Shown: positions 9,817 through 18,027, numbered from the stretch's first letter. The stretch is DNA of 32,000 nt from Candidatus Heimdallarchaeota archaeon B3_Heim (GCA_003144275.1 NJBF01000032.1:1-32000), one strand, 5' to 3'. A program made the numbers and translations. Notes: generated from the letters alone by a model not told the origin.

Positions 9817-9841
9817 ATTATCCACAGTATTAACGGATAAT
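9817..9841. promoter_or_regulatory. 7-11-7 inverted repeat upstream of the Rab-like GTPase, candidate operator
   Basis: ATTATCC-N11-GGATAAT is a perfect inverted repeat ending 42 nt before ATG 9884. Confidence 0.3.
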
Positions 9842-9872
9842 CGAGTGTCACCAACGATTGATATTTAAAAAT

Positions 9873-9877
9873 GAGGT
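9873..9877 (+). promoter_or_regulatory. Shine-Dalgarno-like site
   Basis: GAGGT lies 6 nt before ATG 9884. The same motif and spacing occur at 27575-27579 before ATG 27586. Confidence 0.5.
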
Positions 9878-9883
9878 AATTAA

Positions 9884-10453
9884 ATGAGTTTCTTGATGAA
9901 GATAGTCCTCGCAGGCGATGGAGCCGTAGGGAAAACAGCATTACGAGAACGTTATCTAGGAAAGGGCTTCTCTAGTAACTACATGATGACTATAGGAGCC
10001 GATTTTGCGCTTAAAGAAGCAACTATTAGAGAAAAATCAATCAAATTTCAGATCTGGGATCTAGCAGGACAACCCCGATTTGGTACCGTCCGTAGCGTTT
10101 ACTATTATGGCTGTCTTGGGGCACTACTTGTTTTTGATGTTACTCGTCCAGATACCTTTACCAATCTCGATTCGTGGATTGATGAGATTTACAAGCACAA
10201 TGGGAAGGGTGCTATTCCCGTGGTTCTTTTAGGCAACAAAGTAGATCTCAGGGAATCATTTCCTAACCACGTAACCGATTCCCAAGCCGAGGAGTTTGCT
10301 GCAAAGAAATCTGAAGATACACAGAAGTCGGGTTTTTCAATCAAATACATGCCTACTTCTGCAAAATCGGGATTAAATGTATCAGCTGCTTTTGATATGC
10401 TCGGAAATGTTTATCTCGATTATGTTGAAACCCAAACCCAAACCTCTTCATAA
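9884..10453 (+). CDS. Rab-like small GTPase (Asgard type)
   Basis: G1 GDGAVGKT, G2 T in YMMTIG, G3 WDLAGQ, G4 NKVD, G5 TSAK. RabF-like motifs are IGADF, KFQIW, RFGTV, YYYGC and LVFDVT. There is no C-terminal prenylation Cys. Confidence 0.95.
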   Translation: MSFLMKIVLAGDGAVGKTALRERYLGKGFSSNYMMTIGADFALKEATIREKSIKFQIWDLAGQPRFGTVRSVYYYGCLGALLVFDVTRPDTFTNLDSWIDEIYKHNGKGAIPVVLLGNKVDLRESFPNHVTDSQAEEFAAKKSEDTQKSGFSIKYMPTSAKSGLNVSAAFDMLGNVYLDYVETQTQTSS

Positions 10454-10567
10454 TGTACGTCCTCCTTTTCTCCCTCTTTTACGAAACATTACTCTCCTGA
10501 AAAAAGAGAGATTTTTATTTCCAGTATTCCCACTAAATGATGACAATAGGAGGAGAATTTGTAGGAA

Positions 10568-11269
10568 TTATAATTTGATATCATCAATAGAACTGATGAT
10601 ACGAACTCCATCTAGATTGGGAATTGTGGCTTGCCCCATTAATAAAACAATATAGCGAGATTTTGCATATTTTGCATAGCCACGGGTGATGAATGATATT
10701 GTATCGACTTCTGAGTCATCCATAGCGAACCAGATCGCAATTCGCTTTTTCTTAAACAGAGATCCTTTTTCTGCTAAAATATCGACCGGAGTAGCCTCTG
10801 ATTCAATTACACGTACATCTTCTTGGAAATTATATTTCGCTGCCTTCAGTCGGGCGTATAATTCTCTTTTCAATATTGAAGCTTTGATATCTCCTGCTTT
10901 ACGTAAGTATTTCTCACTTTCAAATTGCTGCCCCAAGCGGTTGAATGCACCAGACATTTTTCGATAGACCCGAAATAATGGTTCAATTGCGGATTGCTCA
11001 GAAAAAGATTCTAGAGTCTGTAATTGAGTTAATGCCATCAATAAATGACTTAAAGATTCTTGATCTTTTTGTTCTATTATTTTAGTATCACCAAGATTTT
11101 CTTGGATTGCTGCTTCGAGCACTAATTTTACTTCTTGTTCTACAGTTTCGTACTCAGAAGACTGAATAAAAGCTAAAGCATTTGTGAGTAACTCGGTGGC
11201 TTGCTCAGCCTTTTTCTCAACAATTAATGTTTTTGCTTCTTTTATAGCATGTTCGATATCCATTTCCAA
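10568..11269 (-). CDS. TPR-like helical protein with C-terminal degenerate restriction-endonuclease-like domain
   Basis: The N-terminal ~135 aa form TPR-like helix pairs (AEQATELLTNAL, SEKYLRKAGDI). The C-terminus LKAAKYNFQEDVRV...PVDILAEKG...RIAIWFA fits an Mrr-like fold without E-x-K. Confidence 0.7.
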   Translation of the reverse strand: MEMDIEHAIKEAKTLIVEKKAEQATELLTNALAFIQSSEYETVEQEVKLVLEAAIQENLGDTKIIEQKDQESLSHLLMALTQLQTLESFSEQSAIEPLFRVYRKMSGAFNRLGQQFESEKYLRKAGDIKASILKRELYARLKAAKYNFQEDVRVIESEATPVDILAEKGSLFKKKRIAIWFAMDDSEVDTISFITRGYAKYAKSRYIVLLMGQATIPNLDGVRIISSIDDIKL

Positions 11270-11461
11270 ACCTCACAGAACTTCGAGAATGAAACATTCT
11301 CATTGTTTATTGATTATAGTCAATTTTACCCTGATTTATATAGTCTTTTTGTGAACTCTCTAAGACTTTCATTCCTTTCCAAAAAGATATCTGGTTTGCT
11401 GACTCAGTTTAAAAGCCTTTTAAGGATGCTTGGGAGTTACAGCAGTTCTCAGACGAGACAA

Positions 11462-12208
11462 TTACTCACGATGAGATACAATTTGAGAAATGAGCGTTAA
11501 ATATGATTCTACACTTTGCTTCGGTTTTAATGAAACCATTAATATTCTATCTGCGTCTAATGCATAGAGGAGAATGAGATTATTTTTACCTGTAACAGCA
11601 ACACTATGGCATTCTTTTCCAAGAATTCTCGTTGGTAGGCTTAAAGCTGACGAAACTGCTGCAAGTTGAGCTGAATCAACGTCTAGACTGGATAATAGAT
11701 CAGAAAGGGGAATACCTGCTGACGAAAGTAATAAAATAGCGCTTGCTTCAGGAATAGCTCTTTGTAATTTCTCTATAAGACTATCCTCAATATCAAGAGT
11801 TTTGACAATAGCATCAATCTTTGCGACTGCCTCTCTCGATCGGCTTATCAAATCATCGATAGGAGGACGCTTTTCAAATGAAGTTTTCGGCAGGCTGATC
11901 GTAATGATGAGTACAGTATCACCTTCACGAGAAGCAAGGATAATAGAATCTTCCTGAAATACAACATACTCGAAAACTTTGTCATCTAGAGTAGTCTGCA
12001 TGAAACCATGAGAAATTGCTAAAGCACTCGAAATAGCGGCAGGAATGATAAACAATTCTTCCCCTAGCCCCTCTTTCCCTCGTTCAGCACCATAGATAGG
12101 AGATCCATCACTGGTGGCAACTAAAACTTGGTTAATGTTACGATCTTCAAATAATTTGTCAGCAATTACTTTGATTTCAGGAATATCTTTCAACCTTGAA
12201 TACCTCAT
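11462..12208 (-). CDS. Tandem Roadblock/LC7 (MglB/LAMTOR-like) domain protein
   Basis: Two ~110-120-aa units begin INQVLVATSDGSPIY and ASAILLLSSAGIPLS. Each continues with an AxxSxAL helix and terminal beta strands. Confidence 0.8.
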   Translation of the reverse strand: MRYSRLKDIPEIKVIADKLFEDRNINQVLVATSDGSPIYGAERGKEGLGEELFIIPAAISSALAISHGFMQTTLDDKVFEYVVFQEDSIILASREGDTVLIITISLPKTSFEKRPPIDDLISRSREAVAKIDAIVKTLDIEDSLIEKLQRAIPEASAILLLSSAGIPLSDLLSSLDVDSAQLAAVSSALSLPTRILGKECHSVAVTGKNNLILLYALDADRILMVSLKPKQSVESYLTLISQIVSHRE

Positions 12209-12444
12209 GAAAACGACTGTTAAGAAAATTTACTTGCTAGTCTTACATTAACGAAATTTAAAAAGATAACTCTTCACAGAAAATTAGAGGAGGTAAGATA
12301 TCAAAATAACAACTTGTTTCCAAGTGTAGAATTGAAAGATGAAGGTTTAAACTATCCTCTTAAGGTTAAAAAATTAATGAAGGGTAAATTTTCCTTCTAT
12401 GCGAATAATTCAAGAGTTTTCAATATAAATGAGAAAAAGGAGAT

Positions 12445-13542
12445 TTATCCCGTTGTATTTTGGGATACTTGAGGTTCAGTTTCTCCGTAAAGTGAGTGGG
12501 AATAAGCTCCTTTTTGATCAATGTTTAAGGCTTTATCAGTTTTCTCGACTGACTTAATAGCACTTGATTCCATCTCTAGCATTGCCCGAATAGCATCTAC
12601 GTTCTCTGGGATCGGAATGCTTTCCATATGGACGTCATAGATCAGATACAAATTGTTTTTTGCATCGGTACTCAAAGTTTCTTGCCAGATGAATACTTCA
12701 GGACGATCGTATCTAGGTCTCCCTAAATCACGGAAATATTCTACCAGTTGAGCTGAGTCAAATAATCCATGTTTTCCTGGTTCAATCAGGATACGTGGTG
12801 TTCGTTTAAATAATGCTATGACATCGTCTCTGCTAGGACTACTCTCAAGAGTTACTTTTAGCATATGAACGTGAGAAAGAGTCCACGAACCCGCAATAGC
12901 TAAAGAATGGATTTTATCCTGAAAATGGGGCATTACTGTAACTAAATCTGGTCCATGATGTGAAACGCCCAAAACGGGTGTAATAGCATTAATTGGCCCT
13001 CTGTTCGTACGTGCTGGATCGCCTGCTCTCCGTGCAAGTGCAACAAATGCATCTGAAACACCATAAGTATGAGCTAATGTAGATATAATACGAGTTAAAG
13101 CAGTTGTATTACATGAAACAACACGTGTTTTATCGACACCAAGATGGGAATAATAATTTCCGAAAGTACTGAAGCTGCGATTGATTAAACCGTGTTTTTC
13201 TCCTCCTTGAACGATACTTTTCACATTCTCAGCTTCATAAAGAGGAAAATTCTGTTGGGGAACACCTGAAGGAGTACAATCGATGACCATATCACATTGT
13301 TTGACCATATCATCTAGATAACCGACGATCTCAAATCCTGCCTCACGCATTTTAGGTTCAAAGTCAGCTACACTACAGTAGATAGGGTATTTCCTTTCTA
13401 CTGCGATGCGTAATCGAACATCAGAAATAATATCAGCTACCCCAACGAGTTTCATATCAGATTGGGCTGCTACTGCATCCGCTACTCGTTTTCCTATTAC
13501 TCCGTATCCAACAACACCTACATTTGCCATGTTTTTAGCCAT
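12445..13542 (-). CDS. gap: Glyceraldehyde-3-phosphate dehydrogenase, archaeal type II
   Basis: VGVVGYGVIGKRVADAV, IDCTP, QGGEKH, catalytic VVSCNTT, RRAGDP, SHHGPD and ESIPIPENVDAIRAM. Confidence 0.95.
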   Translation of the reverse strand: MAKNMANVGVVGYGVIGKRVADAVAAQSDMKLVGVADIISDVRLRIAVERKYPIYCSVADFEPKMREAGFEIVGYLDDMVKQCDMVIDCTPSGVPQQNFPLYEAENVKSIVQGGEKHGLINRSFSTFGNYYSHLGVDKTRVVSCNTTALTRIISTLAHTYGVSDAFVALARRAGDPARTNRGPINAITPVLGVSHHGPDLVTVMPHFQDKIHSLAIAGSWTLSHVHMLKVTLESSPSRDDVIALFKRTPRILIEPGKHGLFDSAQLVEYFRDLGRPRYDRPEVFIWQETLSTDAKNNLYLIYDVHMESIPIPENVDAIRAMLEMESSAIKSVEKTDKALNIDQKGAYSHSLYGETEPQVSQNTTG

Positions 13543-13545
13543 CTA

Positions 13546-13893
13546 TTATTCACTCCCAGCTTTTTCAAGAGATGACAAAATTTTTTTGCCTTTCTCAGTT
13601 AAGTAGAACATTCTTAAAACTGATTGTCCAGCAACCTCGATATTTGTCTGCCCAAGATAATCCAAGGTTTTTCTAACAATCGCAACATCGTGATCGACAT
13701 AATTTGTTGCTTCTAACCAACCTAAGGATAGGAGAACTTTTTCTAATGTTAAGCCACTTTTTTCTTGAATCTTTTTATAGGGAACACCACGGACTCCAGC
13801 AGTTGTGTGAAACCCTCTAAAAAATTCCGAAGGATCTCCTAATGTAAGAAGGACTTTTATTTGATCTTGATTTAGTTCCTTAATTTCTACCAT
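13546..13893 (-). CDS. Winged-helix protein with long wing (paralog 1), immediately upstream of gap
   Basis: HTH PYKKIQEKSGLTLEKVLLSLGWLE, extended wing, terminal FYLTEKGKKIL. It ends 3 nt before the gap start. Confidence 0.75.
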   Translation of the reverse strand: MVEIKELNQDQIKVLLTLGDPSEFFRGFHTTAGVRGVPYKKIQEKSGLTLEKVLLSLGWLEATNYVDHDVAIVRKTLDYLGQTNIEVAGQSVLRMFYLTEKGKKILSSLEKAGSE

Positions 13894-14007
13894 TTGTTAA
13901 CGCCTTTATCATAACGGGTTGAATAACGCGAATTAACCTATGTTTAACTCTGCTTCGTATGTATTCTCGAAATGGGTGAACATTACTTATTGCGAAGCGT
14001 TCCCCTT

Positions 14008-14025
14008 TAGCTTAGTATTAAGCTA
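14008..14025. promoter_or_regulatory. 7-4-7 inverted repeat upstream of the wHTH-gap unit, candidate operator
   Basis: TAGCTTA-GTAT-TAAGCTA is a perfect inverted repeat ~115 nt upstream of the 13893 start. Confidence 0.35.
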
Positions 14026-14176
14026 GATATGCTAATATGGCCAGAGTAGTGTAAGGAAATGAGAGAACACTAATTCTAGATCACACAACAAATTGTAGTA
14101 ATCTGCAGTCCCTAAAGAAGAAAAATGTCACAGGAAAAACAGGTGTATAAAGGTCTTTAGTCGGAAGATAAGGCTC

Positions 14177-14503
14177 TTAAGCTTCTAAACCTTTGGAGGT
14201 TAATGAAAACATACGAATTACCTTTTGGCCAGCAATTTCGATGGTAGAATGTCCTAAATAATCAACGATTTGTCTTTGAACAGCACAGGTGTGTTTAACG
14301 AGCTGTTGAGCTTCTAAAGCTCCAAGCGAAAGAAGCGTTTTTTCAACTGTTAGATCTGTTGCTTTCATGATTTCTTTGTAGGGAAGACCTTTGAAGCCGT
14401 TATCAGCGTCAGAAATATAGGCAGACTTTTTTTTCAATGAGCTAAGAACTTTTGCTTGATCTTCATTAAGTTTTGCCATTAATTTCACCCAATTTATAGA
14501 CAT
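14177..14503 (-). CDS. Winged-helix protein with long wing (paralog 2)
   Basis: Clearly homologous to 13546..13893 (PYKEIMKATDLTVEKTLLSLGALE; DYLGHSTIEIAGQKVIRMFSLTSKG). The start may be the internal Met in MAKLNEDQ. Confidence 0.75.
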   Translation of the reverse strand: MSINWVKLMAKLNEDQAKVLSSLKKKSAYISDADNGFKGLPYKEIMKATDLTVEKTLLSLGALEAQQLVKHTCAVQRQIVDYLGHSTIEIAGQKVIRMFSLTSKGLEA

Positions 14504-14646
14504 TTAGTCGTTGTTGATTATAAAAGACAGTATAGCATCATCCTTCTTAAAGACCCCTATGAAGGATACAGGTCACAATACTCCATAATTCAATAAGAAT
14601 TTTGAAGGAATTATCCCTAGAAAAATGTGAAAAAATACGACTAACT

Positions 14647-15870
14647 TCAACAATCCTTTAATGTGAGAGAGAGCATTTTGGAGGCAATAGTTTCAGGAAG
14701 TTCGCTTGAGAATTTTTGATTATCAAGGATTTCTGCCCCCCCTAACTGCTGAACTGGTAGGATATCTATAAACATATGGAAATGATTATCATCTGTAGGT
14801 GGAGTTTGACGTACAATGATATTCCGGTCTTTCACAAGGTGATAGTTCTTTCCTTCACGCTTAATAAAATTTGAGAGCATTTTATTAACTTCAATAATGA
14901 GAGGTGCCAATGTAGATAGTTCTTTTTTGTCAAGTAACCAGAAAGCTGACACATGTCGGCGGGGTAATAATCGTATATGCGAATCTTTTTCGGGGGCATA
15001 GGCTAAAAAGGCCATCCAGTATTTGTTACTTGCTATTATCCTATTTTTAATTGAAATAGACTCTGAAAAGAAATTTATTTCACCTTTTTCCCAATATTGG
15101 CACTTTAAACAATTATTGTGACCTTGGGATGCAAGTGTATAGGATGCATTCTTACTTCCCGATCCTGAAGGATTGAATATCAACGATTGTCCATGTAAGT
15201 GGGGAATACTTGCTCCTGCACAAAGACCAATATTAAAAAATGTATGAATCGTGATATTTTCCCATCTACGTATGGTAGGATGGCTCATACAGGATTTCAT
15301 GGTCAAATGATAATTTTGCAAAAAAATATCCCATTCTTCTACTGAAACTTCCTCAGGAAGTGAATGATGTTGAGTGAAAATGTGAACCAAAGATAATCCC
15401 AAAGGATGGCGTGAATTCTGATATTCAGACGCTTCCTTTTCTACCACTCGGGAAATCGGCGGATAAAGATTGATGGTACTAAATGCAGTGGTTGAATGAA
15501 GATTTTCATTGGTTGGTGTAGTTGAAAATGGGTCTTTATTCAAACTTAGGTCTTTAGTAATAACAATTGATGGGATCTCCCCTTTTATTAACTTGCAGAA
15601 ACTATCATTGGGAGAGGAATGTATTTTTTCAGGCGGTTGAGTGTGAATAAGTGTGGATCCAAATTCGATTTGTCTTTTTCTACGAATCGGACTGAAAAAT
15701 GTCTTATGGCCAACTTTCTTTCCTTTGTTATCAACAAAAGTAGAGAATGGATCATACCTTTCAATTGGTAGAATTTTCTTCCTGGAAAAGATACCCCATT
15801 CTCCGTCGATTTTCTGCTCAGATTTGTGGAGAAATTTCTTATTATTGACCAGGAAACGCCCATCCTTTAT
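14647..15870 (-). CDS. galT: Galactose-1-phosphate uridylyltransferase (GalT/HIT) family nucleotidyltransferase; true start not canonical
   Basis: Catalytic NIGLCAGASIPHLHGQ, INLYP, CLKC and LLPRRH motifs. The frame is stop-free to 15897 and encodes the GalT N-terminal motif ERYDPFS...FSPIRRKR, but has no ATG/GTG/TTG upstream of TTG 15543. Confidence 0.75.
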   Translation of the reverse strand: MKDGRFLVNNKKFLHKSEQKIDGEWGIFSRKKILPIERYDPFSTFVDNKGKKVGHKTFFSPIRRKRQIEFGSTLIHTQPPEKIHSSPNDSFCKLIKGEIPSIVITKDLSLNKDPFSTTPTNENLHSTTAFSTINLYPPISRVVEKEASEYQNSRHPLGLSLVHIFTQHHSLPEEVSVEEWDIFLQNYHLTMKSCMSHPTIRRWENITIHTFFNIGLCAGASIPHLHGQSLIFNPSGSGSKNASYTLASQGHNNCLKCQYWEKGEINFFSESISIKNRIIASNKYWMAFLAYAPEKDSHIRLLPRRHVSAFWLLDKKELSTLAPLIIEVNKMLSNFIKREGKNYHLVKDRNIIVRQTPPTDDNHFHMFIDILPVQQLGGAEILDNQKFSSELPETIASKMLSLTLKDC

Positions 15871-16517
15871 ATTTTTGATTGTGAATGCTTCTGGAGTTCA
15901 TAGACAGTCAATATAATCCAAATGTTAAACAAAACCACAGTAATTTTCTGTACAACTGGGCCAAATTCTCCAAACGTTAGCAATAATCCTAGGATAATAA
16001 CTGAAAGAGCACATACATATCCTAAATAACTGATAGCCTTATTCCAGTTTTCTAATACGGATTTGGTAATGGAAGAAACCCAGAAAGTGGCTATTGCCAT
16101 CAGGATAAACAATATAACCGCAATGACATCATGAATATCAGATGTTGCTCCTTTACTCGGAAAAATTACTACTCCTATCATACAAAAAATCATTACATTG
16201 AACAGTAAGTAAATTATAGCAAACTCTCTTATTTGTTCCTTAAACAATCTAAGGACATCATCTTTAATCTTGGATAAAAGATAACTTAAGGTTACCGCCT
16301 CAATCAGAATTGCTAGTGAAAAGAAGAATGAGGATGGCCAAATGTTCCCTAATTTTGAGATAGTTTGCTCAAATTGATTATAGTTTGGATATAGAGCCAT
16401 AGCAACAAGTAAGAACAGTAATGTTAATCCAACACCAGCTAATACCAGCTTCAGAGTGTTAGATATCTTTATACTCTTGATCATCTCGAATACTCCATAC
16501 ATCTCAACTGATTTCAC
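15867..16517 (-). CDS. DUF998-like integral membrane protein
   Basis: About 6 TM segments with YNQFEQTISKLG, GVVIFP, IHDVIA and GPVVQK, the pattern typical of DUF998. Confidence 0.7.
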   Translation of the reverse strand: MKSVEMYGVFEMIKSIKISNTLKLVLAGVGLTLLFLLVAMALYPNYNQFEQTISKLGNIWPSSFFFSLAILIEAVTLSYLLSKIKDDVLRLFKEQIREFAIIYLLFNVMIFCMIGVVIFPSKGATSDIHDVIAVILFILMAIATFWVSSITKSVLENWNKAISYLGYVCALSVIILGLLLTFGEFGPVVQKITVVLFNIWIILTVYELQKHSQSKI

Positions 16518-16773
16518 TTTCTTCTTTTGTGCAAAGCTTATGAGAAAATGATTTTGCAGACATTTTCAACCCCTAGATGCTAATTATTTTGAATTCGAAC
16601 CTTAATGAACTCTTTTAGAAGACCATAATAACTATAATGGCGATAAACATTGAAAAAAGAATAACAATAAATACAATGGCGATCTGTTATTGACAAGAAA
16701 TTTGATAAGTTGATCCAAGGTAATATCATTTTAAAAGTATTTAATCTGCATAAACTGATTGTAGGTTTCTTCT

Positions 16774-18015
16774 ATGGAAGTTACTCAGAGTATGGGTCGA
16801 GGAAAGTTACTATCCCGATCCAAACAGTTCATTTTCTCTACCGCACTTGAGGATAGTGCCTCTAAATTATCTCGAATCAATTTTCAATATGGCCTAGCAA
16901 AGATGCATCAAGTACAATCGTATCTTGGAATGGATCCGACAGCTACTTTTATTGCAGCTCCAGATTGTACGATTACTCGAAATATTGAACGTTGGAGGAA
17001 TGGAATTGGCTATGGTGGTAAAATCACTTGGGGAGATAACACAGATCCCATTGTGTTTGTTGATACAATGCCAAATGCCTGTGGAATGTTGGTAGGTTCT
17101 TTGAATGAAATTCCTGATCCAATCGAATTGATTCAGAAAGTTCATGAACTTAATGATAGCAGCGGAGAAATAGAAATTGAAGGAGTTCCAATCCATTGGA
17201 ATTTTGGGAGTGGTAATCATTTCGTTAACGTATTTGAAGTACAACCTAATCCAGCAGTTAGTGAATCATCCGACCTACCCGAGTATACATTTATTACTCA
17301 TTCTTCCCCCTCTGAACTGAAAACAGATGATAATCCAAAAGGAATGGGATTGTACTATCATATGAGTGATACTGTTAAGCATTTCTCTGAAACTCTTGAA
17401 ACCCCCTTCGGTGATATTCATTATTTAGTTGACAATAATGCGCGTAGATATTATGAATTTTTTAAGTGGGCTGACACGATTGGTGCTAAAAGACGTATTT
17501 TAGCTGCTGAAATGATCTTTGGTAAAGATTTTGATGTTATATCAGATACTACTCACCAAGGTTTGAAAAGCTTAAACGAGGTAGTATTGGGTGCGTATAC
17601 ATTTCATAATTCTCCACAAGAGCAATTATATCCTGTAACATTAAGGGCTGATCTTCCCTGTTACCTTATGAAAGGAATTCCAAATTTTTCAGATGAAGCG
17701 GTTAATAGTTTGAATTTCAGAGTAAGAATGGAGAGGTTTGGATTGGAGGATCGAATTAAAAACGCTGATATCCTACCACACGGCGGGGGGTATGTTTTCC
17801 CACATATCGTGGCCATACCAGAAATCTTTGAAACAGTTGAGAAAAGGAGGTATTTTTCTGTTGATCTCGGCACTGGTATTGGTTCTCTGATGTTTGAATC
17901 CCCTAGGGAACTGCAATTCGCATATCGAGGGCGTAATGTAGTTATTCATACAGTAGAGCTAGGTTTAGGTGAAATTGTTGCGAGTATGGTTCCACGGTTT
18001 GCTTTAAAAATATGA
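16774..18015 (+). CDS. Divergent RtcB-fold protein (RNA-ligase superfamily)
   Basis: RtcB-like motifs appear in order: APD64, NAC103GM, FGSGN148H149F, TH176SS, TH261Q, LPH336GGG, C-terminal LKI. Confidence 0.7.
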   Translation: MEVTQSMGRGKLLSRSKQFIFSTALEDSASKLSRINFQYGLAKMHQVQSYLGMDPTATFIAAPDCTITRNIERWRNGIGYGGKITWGDNTDPIVFVDTMPNACGMLVGSLNEIPDPIELIQKVHELNDSSGEIEIEGVPIHWNFGSGNHFVNVFEVQPNPAVSESSDLPEYTFITHSSPSELKTDDNPKGMGLYYHMSDTVKHFSETLETPFGDIHYLVDNNARRYYEFFKWADTIGAKRRILAAEMIFGKDFDVISDTTHQGLKSLNEVVLGAYTFHNSPQEQLYPVTLRADLPCYLMKGIPNFSDEAVNSLNFRVRMERFGLEDRIKNADILPHGGGYVFPHIVAIPEIFETVEKRRYFSVDLGTGIGSLMFESPRELQFAYRGRNVVIHTVELGLGEIVASMVPRFALKI

Positions 18016-18027
18016 AGAATGTATCAA

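Noticed and set aside
9818-9826. TTATCCACA, a perfect bacterial DnaA box
   Set aside because: It is a single copy in an archaeal context with no dnaA or origin features, and is better explained as chance or part of the palindrome.
15588-15863. 91-aa ORF MGVSWSIIR... as a separate gene
   Set aside because: It overlaps the frame carrying the GalT N-terminal motif. Only its ATG is relevant, as a possible frameshifted galT start.
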